Positions 1 to 13,400 of a DNA stretch of 34,537 nt are shown one piece after another. The translations under genes were made by a program, and so were the position numbers. Below the pieces are notes generated by a model, which worked only from the letters and a program-made list of their open reading frames with translations, did no database searches and had not been told where the DNA came from. The stretch is from assembly GCA_002633005.1 (NCBI GenBank), contig NMRA01000435.1, positions 351,660 to 386,196 of the forward strand, given 5' to 3'. How positions within the stretch are numbered: position 1 is the first letter of the stretch; each line of letters opens with the position of its first letter. Source of the stretch: Phoronis australis (Eukaryota > Animalia > Phoronida).

Positions 1-1199
1 CTTCGAACTTCCGCCATGCCTCAAAACGAACACAAAAGTTCTGCTGATATTGCGAGGACCAATGGTCTGGCCTTTCAGAACAGAAGTAGTGTACTTGTCT
101 ACGGGATTGCTTTGTAGATATTTCCCACTTTCAACAGGAATCCAAATTTCTTTGTAGGCCTACCCGTGAAAACCGCGAATCGAAGACTAATAAACAACTT
201 GGCCAGTGTTAAAAGCACGTGGCCAGGAAGCGCGCGCTACACACATGAACCAGTCATCAAAGGCATTAGTTGGGAACTATCCATTCATGAAACGGGTAGC
301 ATAGCATCGGCAAGAAATGAATATTGGCACTAATTTCCGACAGTTTCTCGTACTATAAAAATGTTTGCGTTATTTTTAAAATGAATTGTTTGATTAACCA
401 TAATTGGTGCTTTTAAGCCAAATATCCGATAAAATGACCACTGACAGTGAATGCTTACACATCCCCATACCAAAAAATAACTGTCAGATAGTCACGTAGG
501 CCAACGCATCCAGCCACACGGTGACTAATATGGTCTTATCGAGACAAATGTCGAACGTTTTTAGCACATGAGACCGACAAGTGCTGAATGAAACACGCTC
601 TGGTTTAGGCCTACTGCTTGTGCAAATTTCTTTAGATACAATGCACATGTAGCTTGTTAGATTGCGTGGCTCTGGCCAAAAGACGGTCTCTGCTCTGGCA
701 AATGAACTCTGGTGACACGCACGCGCTCGCTTACTCACAAACGCAGACAACTTCAAAACAAACGTCACGTGACAACATGTGTGTTTGTCCAGACATTTTC
801 TCATGTTGCCGATCATACACGTAGATGGCACGATATAGCACAGATTTGTACTTAAACTTGCCGTGATCCCGACTCCACGGGAACTTAAAAATCTTAGTGA
901 CGCTACTTGGAAAACTTAAGGAGGATTTCAGGTAATTTGCTTGAGTCGAAACTGTATTTTTATTCAAGCATTCAAGTCGCCATATCGACGATTGCGAGGC
1001 AGGCAGTCGGCGAGTTTTCGCCCTCGGATTTCACCACAATTTTCTGTAAAATGATCGTAATTTAGCAGCAAAGTTTGATAGCAATGCACCACGGTTTTGT
1101 AGTCTTTCATAGATTACAGATACGTCACGGAGCGTAAATATAATGAGTCTTAGCTTTCGATTTCACCCGTTTCGGAGACCCGGTTTCAACAGCCTTGGG

Positions 1200-1267
1200 T
1201 TATAATAAGTGCCCCCCCTGAAACGAACTTTTCTAAGCTCCGTGGGCGGTTATTACGGCGAATACGG
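1200..1267. mobile_element. Possible right terminus of a Tc1/mariner-pogo-like DNA transposon extending left of the window
   Basis: Ends ...ggttattacggcgaatacgg|TA, the reverse of a TA|CCGTA terminus; the partner TIR is not in the window. Confidence 0.35.
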
Positions 1268-1381
1268 TAATCTGAGTGAGGAACGACTAGAGATAGTTGA
1301 AAGTGGTTAGTATTAAGTGTAAATGAAAAGTTTTCTTTCTTTGAGTTTGTATTATGTAATGTAGTGTGGCTTTTGTTACAG

Positions 1382-1442
1382 AAAATCCTACATACACATC
1401 ACCATTGAGCTTCAGACAGTCACAAATCCATTGCATAAAAAA
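1382..1442 (+). CDS. SASS6: SAS-6 exon (first visible, probably exon 2): [20 protein letters not shown]
   Basis: ttacag| ... |gtgagt; 61 nt; resembles vertebrate 'SIRMSIELQSVSNPVHRK'. Confidence 0.88.
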
Positions 1443-4400
1443 GTGAGTATAGATTCAGCTGGAGTATCTTAACGTAAATTTATGCACCCACATATTTATA
1501 TGTGGTCGCATATTGCCGTCATCTCTGTCTGTCCGTCAGGTGTCCGGCGTGCACAGCTGTATCTCCTAAAACCCTCGCAGGATCTTGATGAGATTTGGCA
1601 GTTGTGTTCCTATGAAGCTGACGACAGATCATGATGAATTTCGGACGACTGAACTTCGAGGTGGGTGAGTAGATTTTCTGGCTCACTCGCCCAGCTGGCG
1701 AGCAGGGTTTTGAAACCTAGGTATAGCCTTGAACCGCCAGGAATCTGGGAGTTCATTTTCAAATAAACCACTGGCACCCGGGTGTTTAACAGAGCCAAGC
1801 TGGTATACTATTTCATTCAGGACTGTCGCTGTTCTCTTTTGATGTGCAGCTTTGAAGTGGTGCGCACGTGTGAGTTCACGCACTTGAATCGCTGGAGTAG
1901 GCCTACATTTTACGTTGGCACGATGCAAAGTGTGCAAGACAAATCATATTTCGTGCACGTAGCCCCAGAAACAAGTAAAGGGGTTCGAGAATTTCTTGGC
2001 AACTGAAAGTAAAGACGTGGCGCTCATTTGGCGATTAATAGGGTTGCTATTTTCACTTTTGCTGTCTTGTGCAATAAAAACGAGACGCACTTCGCTAAGT
2101 CACTATTGTCTGCCGGGACCGCTTGCGCACTAACACGGGACCGACAAGTGCCGCAGTGCGATATTAGGGTATTGTGGATATTTGGTTCATGTAATAAGGA
2201 CATCTTACACGAAAAATAAACATATTTGTCTACCACAAAATTTGGTAAGTTGATCACTTAAGAATTAGTAGAAACACTGCTGTTTTGTGACATTTTATCA
2301 CGTGTTATGCAGTGGCCCGAAACTTTTTTCAGCAAATCCGGAAATTTGCAAAAGTGGCCGAAAATGTTAGCCAATGAACGCGTCAAAGATCAAATCTGCA
2401 TATCCCATGTTCACATCTTGCTTAACAAGTCATCGAGAGGATTGTTCTCGGTTAGTGTTCTTTTGAACTTGGATTTGGCAACAACCAAATAACGGTCAAA
2501 TTAACAAGAGTTGCTTTATATTTGCCAGGTATCTGACAAGAAGTGTAAAAACTCAGCTCACATTTGTTGGAAATTCCAGGTCGCATTTTGCAACTTGATA
2601 CGAGCTGACAAAAATCTCAGCTCACATTTCCAAATTTCAGGTCGCAAATGCAACCTGCAGTTTGTTATGTCGAGCCCTGTCTCATAATGTGAGCACATTA
2701 TATCCGACTATTGCCAAGATTTGTCATAGATTTCATTCCATGTCGCCTGTAACCTGTGTTTTTTTCAGCCTATACAGCTCAACTAACAAAATTGTTATAA
2801 CTTCTAATATCTAGACTATTAGATCTGTGTTTCACCATATTGTAACCTTAAACATCTAGACGTCTATCAGATCTGTGTTACACCGTGTTTTGACTTGTAA
2901 GGTTATGTCAAACCTAATTCTCAAAAATTGGCCATTTTTACAATACTTCACAATCGTATGTAGCAAAATACCTTGCCTTCATTATCAGGGAACTTCAAAG
3001 TACACAAAATATATACCAGGTAGCAAGAAAAAAGATTTAGCAGAGCCACTTTGGAACCACTCAACCGAATGGATTTTTGTTTAGTACTTATCCAAGGTCA
3101 TAAGTTACACTCAAATCGAATCTCCCACTATGTACAGAGCAGCTTCGTATGTTAGCTCGCTCAGTCCTTTCACTCACTGTGTAAGGTTCAAATGCACTTA
3201 GTTAGAGGTATCTTTATTTCATAGTCACGAGGTTCAAAGGTCAACACAGTCAGACCCCAAACTGAGTACAGCCTCAACGTAAACTGAAAAGAAACAAGTA
3301 AAATGCTCTCAGGATAAGCTAATAAAATGATACAAATCACAGAGAAGTTCAAATAGACTACTAAGTTTAAGACAGCTAAAGAATTTGTACAGACATAATC
3401 CCACAAGGACCAGATAGCGTGCTCATGGCCTACGTCACAAAATCAAAGCATAAAGTAGGTCAAACATGTGGGCCACAAATTCCAGACAGAATTCTGCACA
3501 AAATGACTAAAGCTAGTCACGCCTTAACAGAGGATGTAAGGCACGCATGGACGTTGCAACTAAGGTAATAAGCCTTAATACATACCACTATTTCGGGTTC
3601 TAGCGACATTCAAAGAAACCGACGTCTTGTCAGCCGAAAGTTCTAAAACGCAATGAAACAACGACCATGAAGGATTATACCCAAAGCTATCGCCATCTAG
3701 AATCTGCTACTTCAACTAACGGGGAACCGTACACACCGAGTCACCATAATATTGAGTCAATGAGGTGTACGTATGATAGAACGGCGCCAGGGAAAACCAA
3801 GACAAAACAGTTTTTTCCTGAGAGAGTTGTGTGTCTACATGCATATGACCATTGAGAACGAAAGCCCGTGGTCATGAACATAGAAAGTTGTCAAAAGAGA
3901 TTAATCCTGAACAGAATTCCTTAATTCAATAAGTATTTGCCATTTCGCTGTTTTGGTCTCGTTCTAACGCCGTGCTTTAACCACCTACTCGATTTCTGTC
4001 ATCCATTTCTTACTTGGTTTTGTATTAGTTTCCCGACGCGTAATGTGTATAGAGTGTGTATAGCAATGAACTGCTGACCTACTTTTAAGTAGGTGAAACA
4101 ACAGCAACAGTGGATCCTACTTCTTGGCTGGGGACGGTGCATTTTAATGATTATTAAGCTCAGCAAATTCAGTTGACATTGCAAGTGAATGTTGAAATAC
4201 CTAACATGGTTAAGGCATGTATAAGTTATATTGACCGAAAACAACTTTTCACTGAATAATTAACCAAAGACTTTGAGATTTTCCGTCGTCCCAGTTTAAG
4301 TGGCTTTTTCTTGGCTTCGGCAACTCGACTTAATTTGAAATTAGAAACACGAGTTCTCGAAAACGGGTTGGTGGGTTTCGCTGAAACTTTCCAAACCTAA

Positions 4401-7400
4401 TGACTTACTCATCAATCTCAAAAAGGCTCTTAGGATTTTTGATTTAAACCGATGGGCGATGTCAGTATTCCCATGCTGCCATTATGGCTTTTTTCCATAC
4501 CCATCTTGCAGAGTCTTGTTTAGTTCTTCCTTTTTACATCATAATAAATGACATTATTCACAATCCTCATCGTGTTTTACTCTGCAACATATCTCGTGGC
4601 GTACCCCGGGCAAAATAGATTACGATAAATTAAATTTAACTTGTTAAAATGCATTTATCGTCATTATTTTGACATTTGTCACTTTATTTTGATATCAATC
4701 TTTAGGGTCTATTTTTCATTACTCATCTCTATTTATACCCTCAAGGGTTTACTTTTGTATTCATACATTTCTCCACGCGACACCTGATTGGTCACCCATA
4801 TTTCATTTGTTCAGTTCAACGTGGTCTAGCTCATTCAGCCACCTACCATGTCATCTGCAAGACCTACGTTCGTTCTCTGCATTTTTTCCCACCCCACCCA
4901 TGCCGGGTATCTGTTCACCTTTTTTCTTTTTCTCATATGCATTACCCATTGGGTATTTTCACATTTTGTGTTTATGTTCTGTACTTTTTCTTTAGGCCCT
5001 TCAGGCAGTTCTTTTGCTTTAGTTCCATTTTTCAGGGCTATCCATTGTACACGCCTGTGGCGTTTTTTCAATGCCCATCTTGCAGAGTCTTGTTTAGTTC
5101 TTTCTTTTTACGTCATAATAAATGACATTATTCGCAATCCTCATCTTGTTTTATTCTGCAACATATCTCGTGGCGTACCCCGGGCAAAATAGATTATGAT
5201 AAAAAGATGCAGTTTTTGCGTAATGTAACAAAGACGAATACGATTTCTATTTTTAACAAAAATACCTTACATTTTGCGAGTTGATTTGTCATAGAAACCA
5301 AACAAAAAGACTAATCGAAAATTCCTATCAGCATTTTTGAGTTAACTGGTGAATTTTTCATTTAAAAAAAGTTTCATTAAAATTGACTGATGGGTTATTT
5401 TGCTATGAATATACCTTTGTTAAAAATCAAGTTATGACTTAAAAAGATGTTAACGTAATAATGATATAAATACAAAGCATATTTTTGTATTCCCTGATTT
5501 TTTTTCTTTCAGAAATTACATACTTTTACTAGTTGACAAAGCTTACTTTTTGATATACGAGTTAGAACGGAGGCCACTAAATAAGGTTTGAGATAACCTT
5601 AAAGGCGAAGGCAACCTTTTTCCATGTCATTTTGAGCTAAAGTAAGGTTGGTTGGTTATCCTAGACATATTTTCCACTTAATTACAGCTTTTCGTAATTT
5701 TATAAATTACTCGTCCGCTACTCCGGAAGTGACTTTTTAGGAGGCAAGCGTTTCCCGCCACTTGGTTTCGCGTTGACTTTACCGTGCGAATCTGTTCTAT
5801 TCTACTTTTGTTTTGTGCTGTTTTTCAACAATTGTCGCCACCACTTTCCATCGGCGAGTATTCTGCGGCAAGATAGGTTAGTAGAGAACTCAACTACGTT
5901 GGATTTAGGGATTGTTTAGTGTGTTGTAAGCTGAAAATGGCTGGAGTCGGTGACCCGTATCACANNNNNNNNNNNNNNNNNNNNNNNNNNNNNNNNNNNN
6001 NNNNNNNNNNNNNNNNNNNNNNNNNNNNNNNNNNNNNNNNNNNNNNNNNNNNNNNNNNNNNNNNNNNNNNNNNNNNNNNNNNNNNNNNNNNNNNNNNNNN
6101 NNNNNNNNNNNNNNNNNNNNNNNNNNNNNNNNNNNNNNNNNNNNNNNNNNNNNNNNNNNNNNNNNNNNNNNNNNNNNNNNNNNNNNNNNNNNNNNNNNNN
6201 NNNNNNNNNNNNNNNNNNNNNNNNNNNNNNNNNNNNNNNNNNNNNNNNNNNNNNNNNNNNNNNNNNNNNNNNNNNNNNNNNNNNNNNNNNNNNNNNNNNN
6301 NNNNNNNNNNNNNNNNNNNNNNNNNNNNNNNNNNNNNNNNNNNNNNNNNNNNNNNNNNNNNNNNNNNNNNNNNNNNNNNNNNNNNNNNNNNNNNNNNNNN
6401 NNNNNNNNNNNNNNNNNNNNNNNNNNNNNNNNNNNNNNNNNNNNNNNNNNNNNNNNNNNNNNNNNNNNNNNNNNNNNNNNNNNNNNNNNNNNNNNNNNNN
6501 NNNNNNNNNNNNNNNNNNNNNNNNNNNNNNNNNNNNNNNNNNNNNNNNNNNNNNNNNNNNNNNNNNNNNNNNNNNNNNNNNNNNNNNNNNNNNNNNNNNN
6601 NNNNNNNNNNNNNNNNNNNNNNNNNNNNNNNNNNNNNCCTTCTTCAGACGTTGTTTCGCAGGGACCTTCATCAGTTCAGCGTACAACTCCCTTTCGCAAT
6701 CGGACGGCAGAAAGTGCTTGCCACACACACGATGATTCTCCACTGCTTTGTACGTTGCGTGGACGGGTAACGCTGCGTTCTTCACACGAACGAGCCAAGT
6801 ATGGCGAAGTGTGTCATCCATCGGAAAGCGATGCAAAGGTACTCCCAAAGCGCGCGTGAGCCGATAATTAGTACATCCTAGTACGCAGCAACAGCGTGGC
6901 ATGTTGACTGACTAGTAAATGAAAGCAAACGACGACGGAACTTAACACAACCGAGGTAGAACAATGACTGACTTGGCAGCTCTCACAGTCAGACTATATG
7001 AAAAGAAATTGGCGCGAAATGCTTGCCTCCTAAAACGTCTCTTCCGGAGTAACGGACGCGTAATTCATAAAATTACGAAAAGCTGTGGAAAATATGTCTA
7101 GGATAACCAACCAACCTTATTTTAGCTCAAAATGACATGGAAAAAGGTTGCCTTCGCCTTTAATATCTGGACTATCAGATCTGTGTTTTACCGTGTTCTG
7201 ACTTTTAATATCTAGACGTCTATCAGATCTGTGTTAAACCGTGTGATGGTTTTTAATATCTAGACTATCAAATCTGCGTTACACGGTGTTGTGACTTTTC
7301 ATATATGGATGTGGGTTACTACCGCGTTGTGACTTATTATCTAGATTATCAGATCTGTATTACACGGTGTTATGAATTTAATATCTAGGATATCAGATCT

Positions 7401-10400
7401 GTGTTACCACCATGTTGTGACTTAATATCTAGACTATCAGATCTCTATTACACCATGTTTTGACTTTTAACACCTATATTATAAGATCTGTGTTTCACCA
7501 TGTTCTGAGTTTTAATATCTAGACTATCAGCCCTGTGTTTTACAGTGTTATGACTTTTAATATCTAGGATATCAGATCTGTGTTACCACTTTGTTGTGAC
7601 TTAATATTTAGACTATCAGATCTGTATTACACCATGTTATGACTTTTAACACCTAAACTATCAGATCTGTGTTACACCTTATTATGACTTTTAATATCTG
7701 GACTATCAAATCTGCATTACACGGTGTTGTGAATTTTAATATCTGGACTATCAAATCTGCGTTACACTGTGTTGTGACTTTAATATATGTTACTACCGTG
7801 TTTTGACTTAATATTAGATTATCATATCTTTGTTATTACCTTGTTGTGAGTTAATATCTAGACTTATCTATCAGAACTGTTTTACACGTGTTTTGACCTT
7901 TAGCGTATAGACTAGATCAGACCTGTGTTACGTTGTATTGTTACTTCCTAGGAACTCACAGTTCGATTAACAGACGACAAAGATTTGTTCTTCCTCTTCA
8001 CTCTCAGGATAGATGAAGAAGACTTCCAAAGGTAATTGTCTATAGTGACGAATCTATGGGAGAGTTTAGGGGTGCTAAGCCGCCCCTCAAAGGGTGCAGT
8101 CAAGAAACAAAAAGAATGTGGCGACCACAAAAAAATGTTGCCACTGGTGGAGTAAACCTCTTTGTCAGTGAATCTACTGCTGATGTGGTTCAGTGAACTG
8201 TCAGTTCCCCCATCCAGTATTGGTCTGCCTTCTCCCTCACTCCAACCTTTCTCTTAGAGAACATACTGTTGACATCTGAACAAATCTCAACTCCCAGCCT
8301 CGTAAGTTTATTGTGGTAATCATCTGAAATTGACCCACTCCATCCAAATGTTGCATTGTTGTTTGTTGTTATGAATATCCGTTTGTCTGTGGTGATGACA
8401 CTAATTCGCCATCTGTTGGGCGTAGTGAAGACTAATCCCACCACTTCCCTCTGGTTTCTTACTCAATGTTCCTGTAAGTGCTAAGGTGCGCCATAACTGT
8501 GCTTCCCTGGTGAACGGTGCATCTCAAAATTAAGAAGATAAATGATTGACTTACAAGCCCTGTTTCAGGAAGCCAAGTATGAAACATTAGCAAGTTTTGA
8601 ATACACGAATTTGGTGCTTTCGATATATCTGTTAACATCAGGTAAAATAAGGTAGTTAATATTTTGAATCTGATCCACGTACTTAAGTTTACGTTTACTC
8701 AGTTACATTTTCATTTATTAATACTGGCTGTGAGCATTAAAATACCTCGGGTGGTTCGCAAGCAGATGTTTATTCATGAACATAAAGGGGCTTCAATAAT
8801 AATTTCTAATTATGAACTGCTCGCAGATCTTGCAGATAAGAAATTTGTCTCCTCTTGTTCATTACTCGAATTGTGGAAGATTTCTGTGTTATGAAAGAAG
8901 TTCGTTATTGCTTATCGTCAGGCCTCATGAGTTGACTCCTCACAGTGTCCACGTGAAATCTCGTCAGCTGTGTGAGAGCTGAAAATTTTATTTCCCTATT
9001 TTATTCTCACAGGATATATGGCATCGAATTAATGCTTGACATGCGTGCACCCAGCCGTTAACACGGGGGGGGGGGCTTGAATTTCTGGCGAAGTGGACCT
9101 TTTGCTGACAAAAGAGTGGGAGGACAAAAAAAAAAACGGGGTACCATCTTCCTTCAGAGCTGGGAATTGTGTGTCTGCGCCTTTTTAGTGGACTTTTGTC
9201 TCGTTTGCTCAGACTTTTTGTTTCTCTGGGGCAGACCTTTTTGCCCACTTCGCTAAAGGGGCTCATTCGAGCCCCCCGAGCCCCCCCTGGGTGCGCGCAT
9301 GCTTGACTATGTGTAAGTTTTGTATGATATCTATAATCACACAAAATTTTGAAATCTTTTGGCACTCACAACAATGTAAAAGGACTTTGAAAAATGAAAA
9401 AAATGTCAATTTTGGCAATTATTTTTGTCTAAAGTTTATAAGATTTTACCGCATGTCAATATGTTGTACTCTGTGTATGATCTGAAGCAATAACATTACC
9501 AGTTCTGTCCAAGCCAAGAAGCCAATTTTGAGGTGTGTTAGGAGCAATCTGAGATCAGTTTTATGAATCCTATATTGGTTTTGTTCAAAAAACGCAGCCA
9601 GGTTTTTATTAAAGTAATGGAATATAGCCTCTTTAAATTTAATCTTAACTGGGGCTTAAGCACATTTGACATGTGTGCACATTGTTGATTACAGCCTAAA
9701 GGCACAGCAAGGTCTGCTGGTTGATTTCAGCTCATTTCCTCAGAGATTCATCGAACTGTTGAAGCTATGTCTACAAGAAGAGAACAAAGATTTGCCAAAG
9801 TATGATTGCGTAGTATTAATATTGACAATTTGACAATTTTGGTTTTAGGCCAAAGTAATGAAATTGACATTAAGCACTTCGGCAATAATCAATAATGGGA
9901 CGTCTGTTATTGCCATTATTAATATTGCAGTGAAACTTTATTAATTTAGGTTATTGCTAAGATTGGGGTTTTCCTGCTTTTCTGTCATATTGTGACCTAA
10001 ACTGAAGATATTTTACCATAATACAGTGAAGCCCTCTTAATGTGGTACTGGATAATAAAATATCCCCGTTTTTGTCAAATGTCAAAAAAATCCTTTCCCA
10101 TTAAACCCAACTTGCATTATGTCATGAATTATTGTCACATTCCGCAATATTGTCATTAAAAAATAAGGACGATTGATTCTCAACTGCTTACTAGTAGCAT
10201 ATGTACCTTCTCTTTTTTATCTAAAAACCAACCTAATTCATCTGCCATTTAACTGCCTTATGAGAATTTGGTGCCAGGGTAAAAATGGGCCATTTCCTGT
10301 TTACCTGTCTTAATTCAGACTCTCTAATACTTAGCATGAACAACTATACAGAGTAGTTACGATCACTGCTAAGTCGAAACCTGCTTCAAGGAATGTCCCA

Positions 10401-13400
10401 CTTATTATCTTGATAATTTACATTGAAACTGAGGCTATGGCATTAGGCAGGCTCCACACAATGTGCCTAAACATTGACTCGCTTGGCATTCTCTCGATAT
10501 TGGGGATACAGGGGACACTGGGAGCTATGAGGTCTGTTTAGCCCTCAGATCGATGCTTCTGTAGGTACACCACGTGCCCTTTGAGGAACGTGGCACGATT
10601 TCTTTGACTACGAAATCAAGCATCTCTTCAGTGGCAGGGATAAAACGCTTTTGGACAGATGGACAAAATGTTGTTTCAGCAAGCTGTTGTCAATGTTTTG
10701 ACTTAAACAAGATCAGTAGGAATCTTTACCACGTTTGGTGTGATTTGCTGATTTTTCACCAGTCCTTATTTTCTATACAAATGCGAACAATACTCCTTAA
10801 GTCAGTTATTTTGCACTTTAATGCTTGCCATTTTTAAATATGACAACACTGTGTTAAATAAACAAACTTCATTTGTTGTTATTTTTTACTTCTGTTCAGT
10901 CCAACCATGCTTACAATAAAGTATGATTTTTTGTGGAAAACTTTGACAACCTAATAGCGTGAAATGTGATAGGAATTTACGTAAATTTTATTAGTCTTTG
11001 AGCTGGTCGCTGTCTATGTTTGGAAGTTGTTGACACTTCTTGGAGTTATGTTGCGATTTAAATTATGGCATTGTATTTTATTCCCTTGCCAGGTTCATCC
11101 TACAGTTCAACAGTGTCGGTAATCTGTCCAGTGACCACGCCGCAGCCAACCTGAATGTTGTCGAGACTAATCCCTTCAAACACCTGACTCATCTGGCTCT
11201 CAAGTTCCTCCCCGGTTCAGACACTGATGTGAAAAAGTACCTGGCAGACTGTCTCAAGAAACTAAGGGTGAGATAAACACTTGACTTAGAGCTCTTTAAC
11301 TCAGTGAGAGCATGGAAGCAGTTTCTGCTTGGTTCAATCACAAAGGTTGCACAAGACAGGTGAAGTGGTGTTATTGGAATCATTTGAACGTTTTACATCA
11401 CAATTCTGGTGATTCTCTAGTTTTCACCTTTGTTGTTACCAGACGACCTGTAGAGGTCGCCCCTCTCCGAATCCTACCAGTGTGGGATGGTTTTGAACTA
11501 ATTGCCACTGTCTGGTAGTTGTGTCTGCCCTTCAGCATGTGAGATCATATTCATTCAAGACGTAATCTAATCACCACATTATCGTCAATAGCTTTACATT
11601 AGGATTCTGATGGAAGCCAGTTTGTTAATCTGTCTTTAATCATGTAAAACCATTTCTATTTTAGGACGAGAATTTTTCTCTTCAGAAGCAGTCAGAAAGC
11701 AAAGAGTCTGAGCTGACACTGAGGCTGAGACAGACGCAAGAGGTGCGTAGAACTTCAGTTGGTAGAAAGTTATTGATCTGTTGCAGGATGTGTGCTATTC
11801 CACGATATGCGCATCTATTCAGTTATCCTCCTGGATCTAATACCTCTCTGTGAGAAGCACACATCCAAAATTTTGGCATCTACCTCGCACAATTCAGTTC
11901 TCTTGTTTTATTTTTTAATTGTCTTCAGTAAGGTTGAATCTGTCTTCTTGTATGTTGGTTTATAGTTTAGGAGTTTACATACTGCTATACAAATTTAGTC
12001 AACATGTTGATTGAATTCACGGAGTTCTCCGAAAAGAAGTTATTGTGAATTTGATTTACCTGTGTAAGGAAACTTTCTATGAACTTTGTAAAGTAATATG
12101 TTTGTAAGCGTCAAGTAACTTCAGTTTAAACTCAGAATTTTTTTTCCTGGTTGGTTTATGAAAATTTCTATTCTTGAACTTTTGGAAAATAATAGGTTTG
12201 TAAGCGTCAAGTAACTTCAGTTTAAACTCAGAATTGTTTTTTTCCTGGTTGGTTTATGAAACTTTCTTTTCATCTTGTGCATTTGCTGGGCTCCATTCCA
12301 TACAATCATGTCAGACGATCATGAGAAAGGCTTGCATGATTACGTTTTTCGTCTGTGGTGCATAGCAATGTCATGCGAAAACTTGCGTGATCTTGTGTTT
12401 TCGCGAGTATTTTGCATCTACAGATTGCAGCCCTGTTTTCACCACTTGATTTCGTTGTCTCAGTCTTCTGTCTGTCATCTAGGCTCTCTCATCAAGAACT
12501 GTAGAGTTGGATAATATAAGGGGAGAGCTGAGTTCACGAACCAATGACTTGTCGTCAAAACATGCACATGAGCTGGCGTCAGAGAAAGAACGATTGTTGC
12601 AAGTAAGACTTCAATGTTAGCATGGTCTCTGTATGCACTATGGGCCTTTCTGTAGTAAGTAGTAGTAAGCCCCATCTGTTGGCAAAATGCGTCTCTGACC
12701 ATTTGGTTTTGTTTACTAGCTGAATTGTATCGTTTCGATGATCTTTGTAGTTTCACAAAATGCTGACCATGTATTGTTACCCTTACTTCAGGCACAGTTG
12801 AATATGCGTACGTATGCATACATTTTACATACAAGTAAAGCACTTGTGTGATATTTCGTTGTGTATTTTCATTAATTTGTTCCCCCATTTTTGAAAGTAA
12901 GCCTAGGTCTACTTTTGTCATGGTCCCCCCCAATAGGTGCTATTTTTGATGTCTATCCTTGGATTTGGAAATTTATTCATGACTGAGGCATCTAAATGTG
13001 AATTCTCAATGTCTGGAGCACAAATAACTGTTTGAGTTTTTTATTAATTGTAGTCCCAGACTGATTTACAACAGAGATACGAGCGTGAGAAACGCGACTT
13101 GGAGCAGGCTCATCTAAAGATTGTTAAACAGCTGGAGGCGAAAATGTATGAGACTGAGGCAGCCAGTAGGGTAAGAGCACTAGTTTGAGCCAATAATGCA
13201 AGAGTATGAGTGTGAGGCAGCCAATAAGATAGCAGTATGAATCTGAGGCTGCCAATAGGGTGAGAGTAGGAATATGAGGCAGCCAATAGGGTAAAATTTA
13301 AGTCCAATATTGGGATTAAATTTCATGTGACATTGTTGATTTTGTGTGTTGTAAACAAGAGAAGTGTTTGTAAACGTTAAGAGTCANATGGGTGGGACAT

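Noticed and set aside
484-967. Minus-strand ORFs, or SAS-6 exon 1 in this region
   Set aside because: No domain or SAS-6 N-terminal similarity seen; exon 1 is presumably upstream of the window.
2310-2679. Possible hAT MITE (cagtggcccg...cgagccctg) nested in the HINE-like repeat
   Set aside because: Weak TIR match and no TSD.
3180-3529. Possible solo LTR (tgtaagg...ccttaaca)
   Set aside because: No matching TSD could be found.
5916-6770. Long ORFs of 261-328 aa
   Set aside because: Their length comes from the N gap; only the minus-strand THAP portion is real.
5603-7159. piggyBac, P element or host THAP gene
   Set aside because: Ends are AG...CT with TTAA; piggyBac starts with YY and P elements have CA...TG ends with 7-8-bp TSDs. 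The flanking TIRs argue against a domesticated gene.
7160-7940. Regular repeat array as a possible CRISPR
   Set aside because: No unique spacers, no cas genes, and it lies in a eukaryotic intron.
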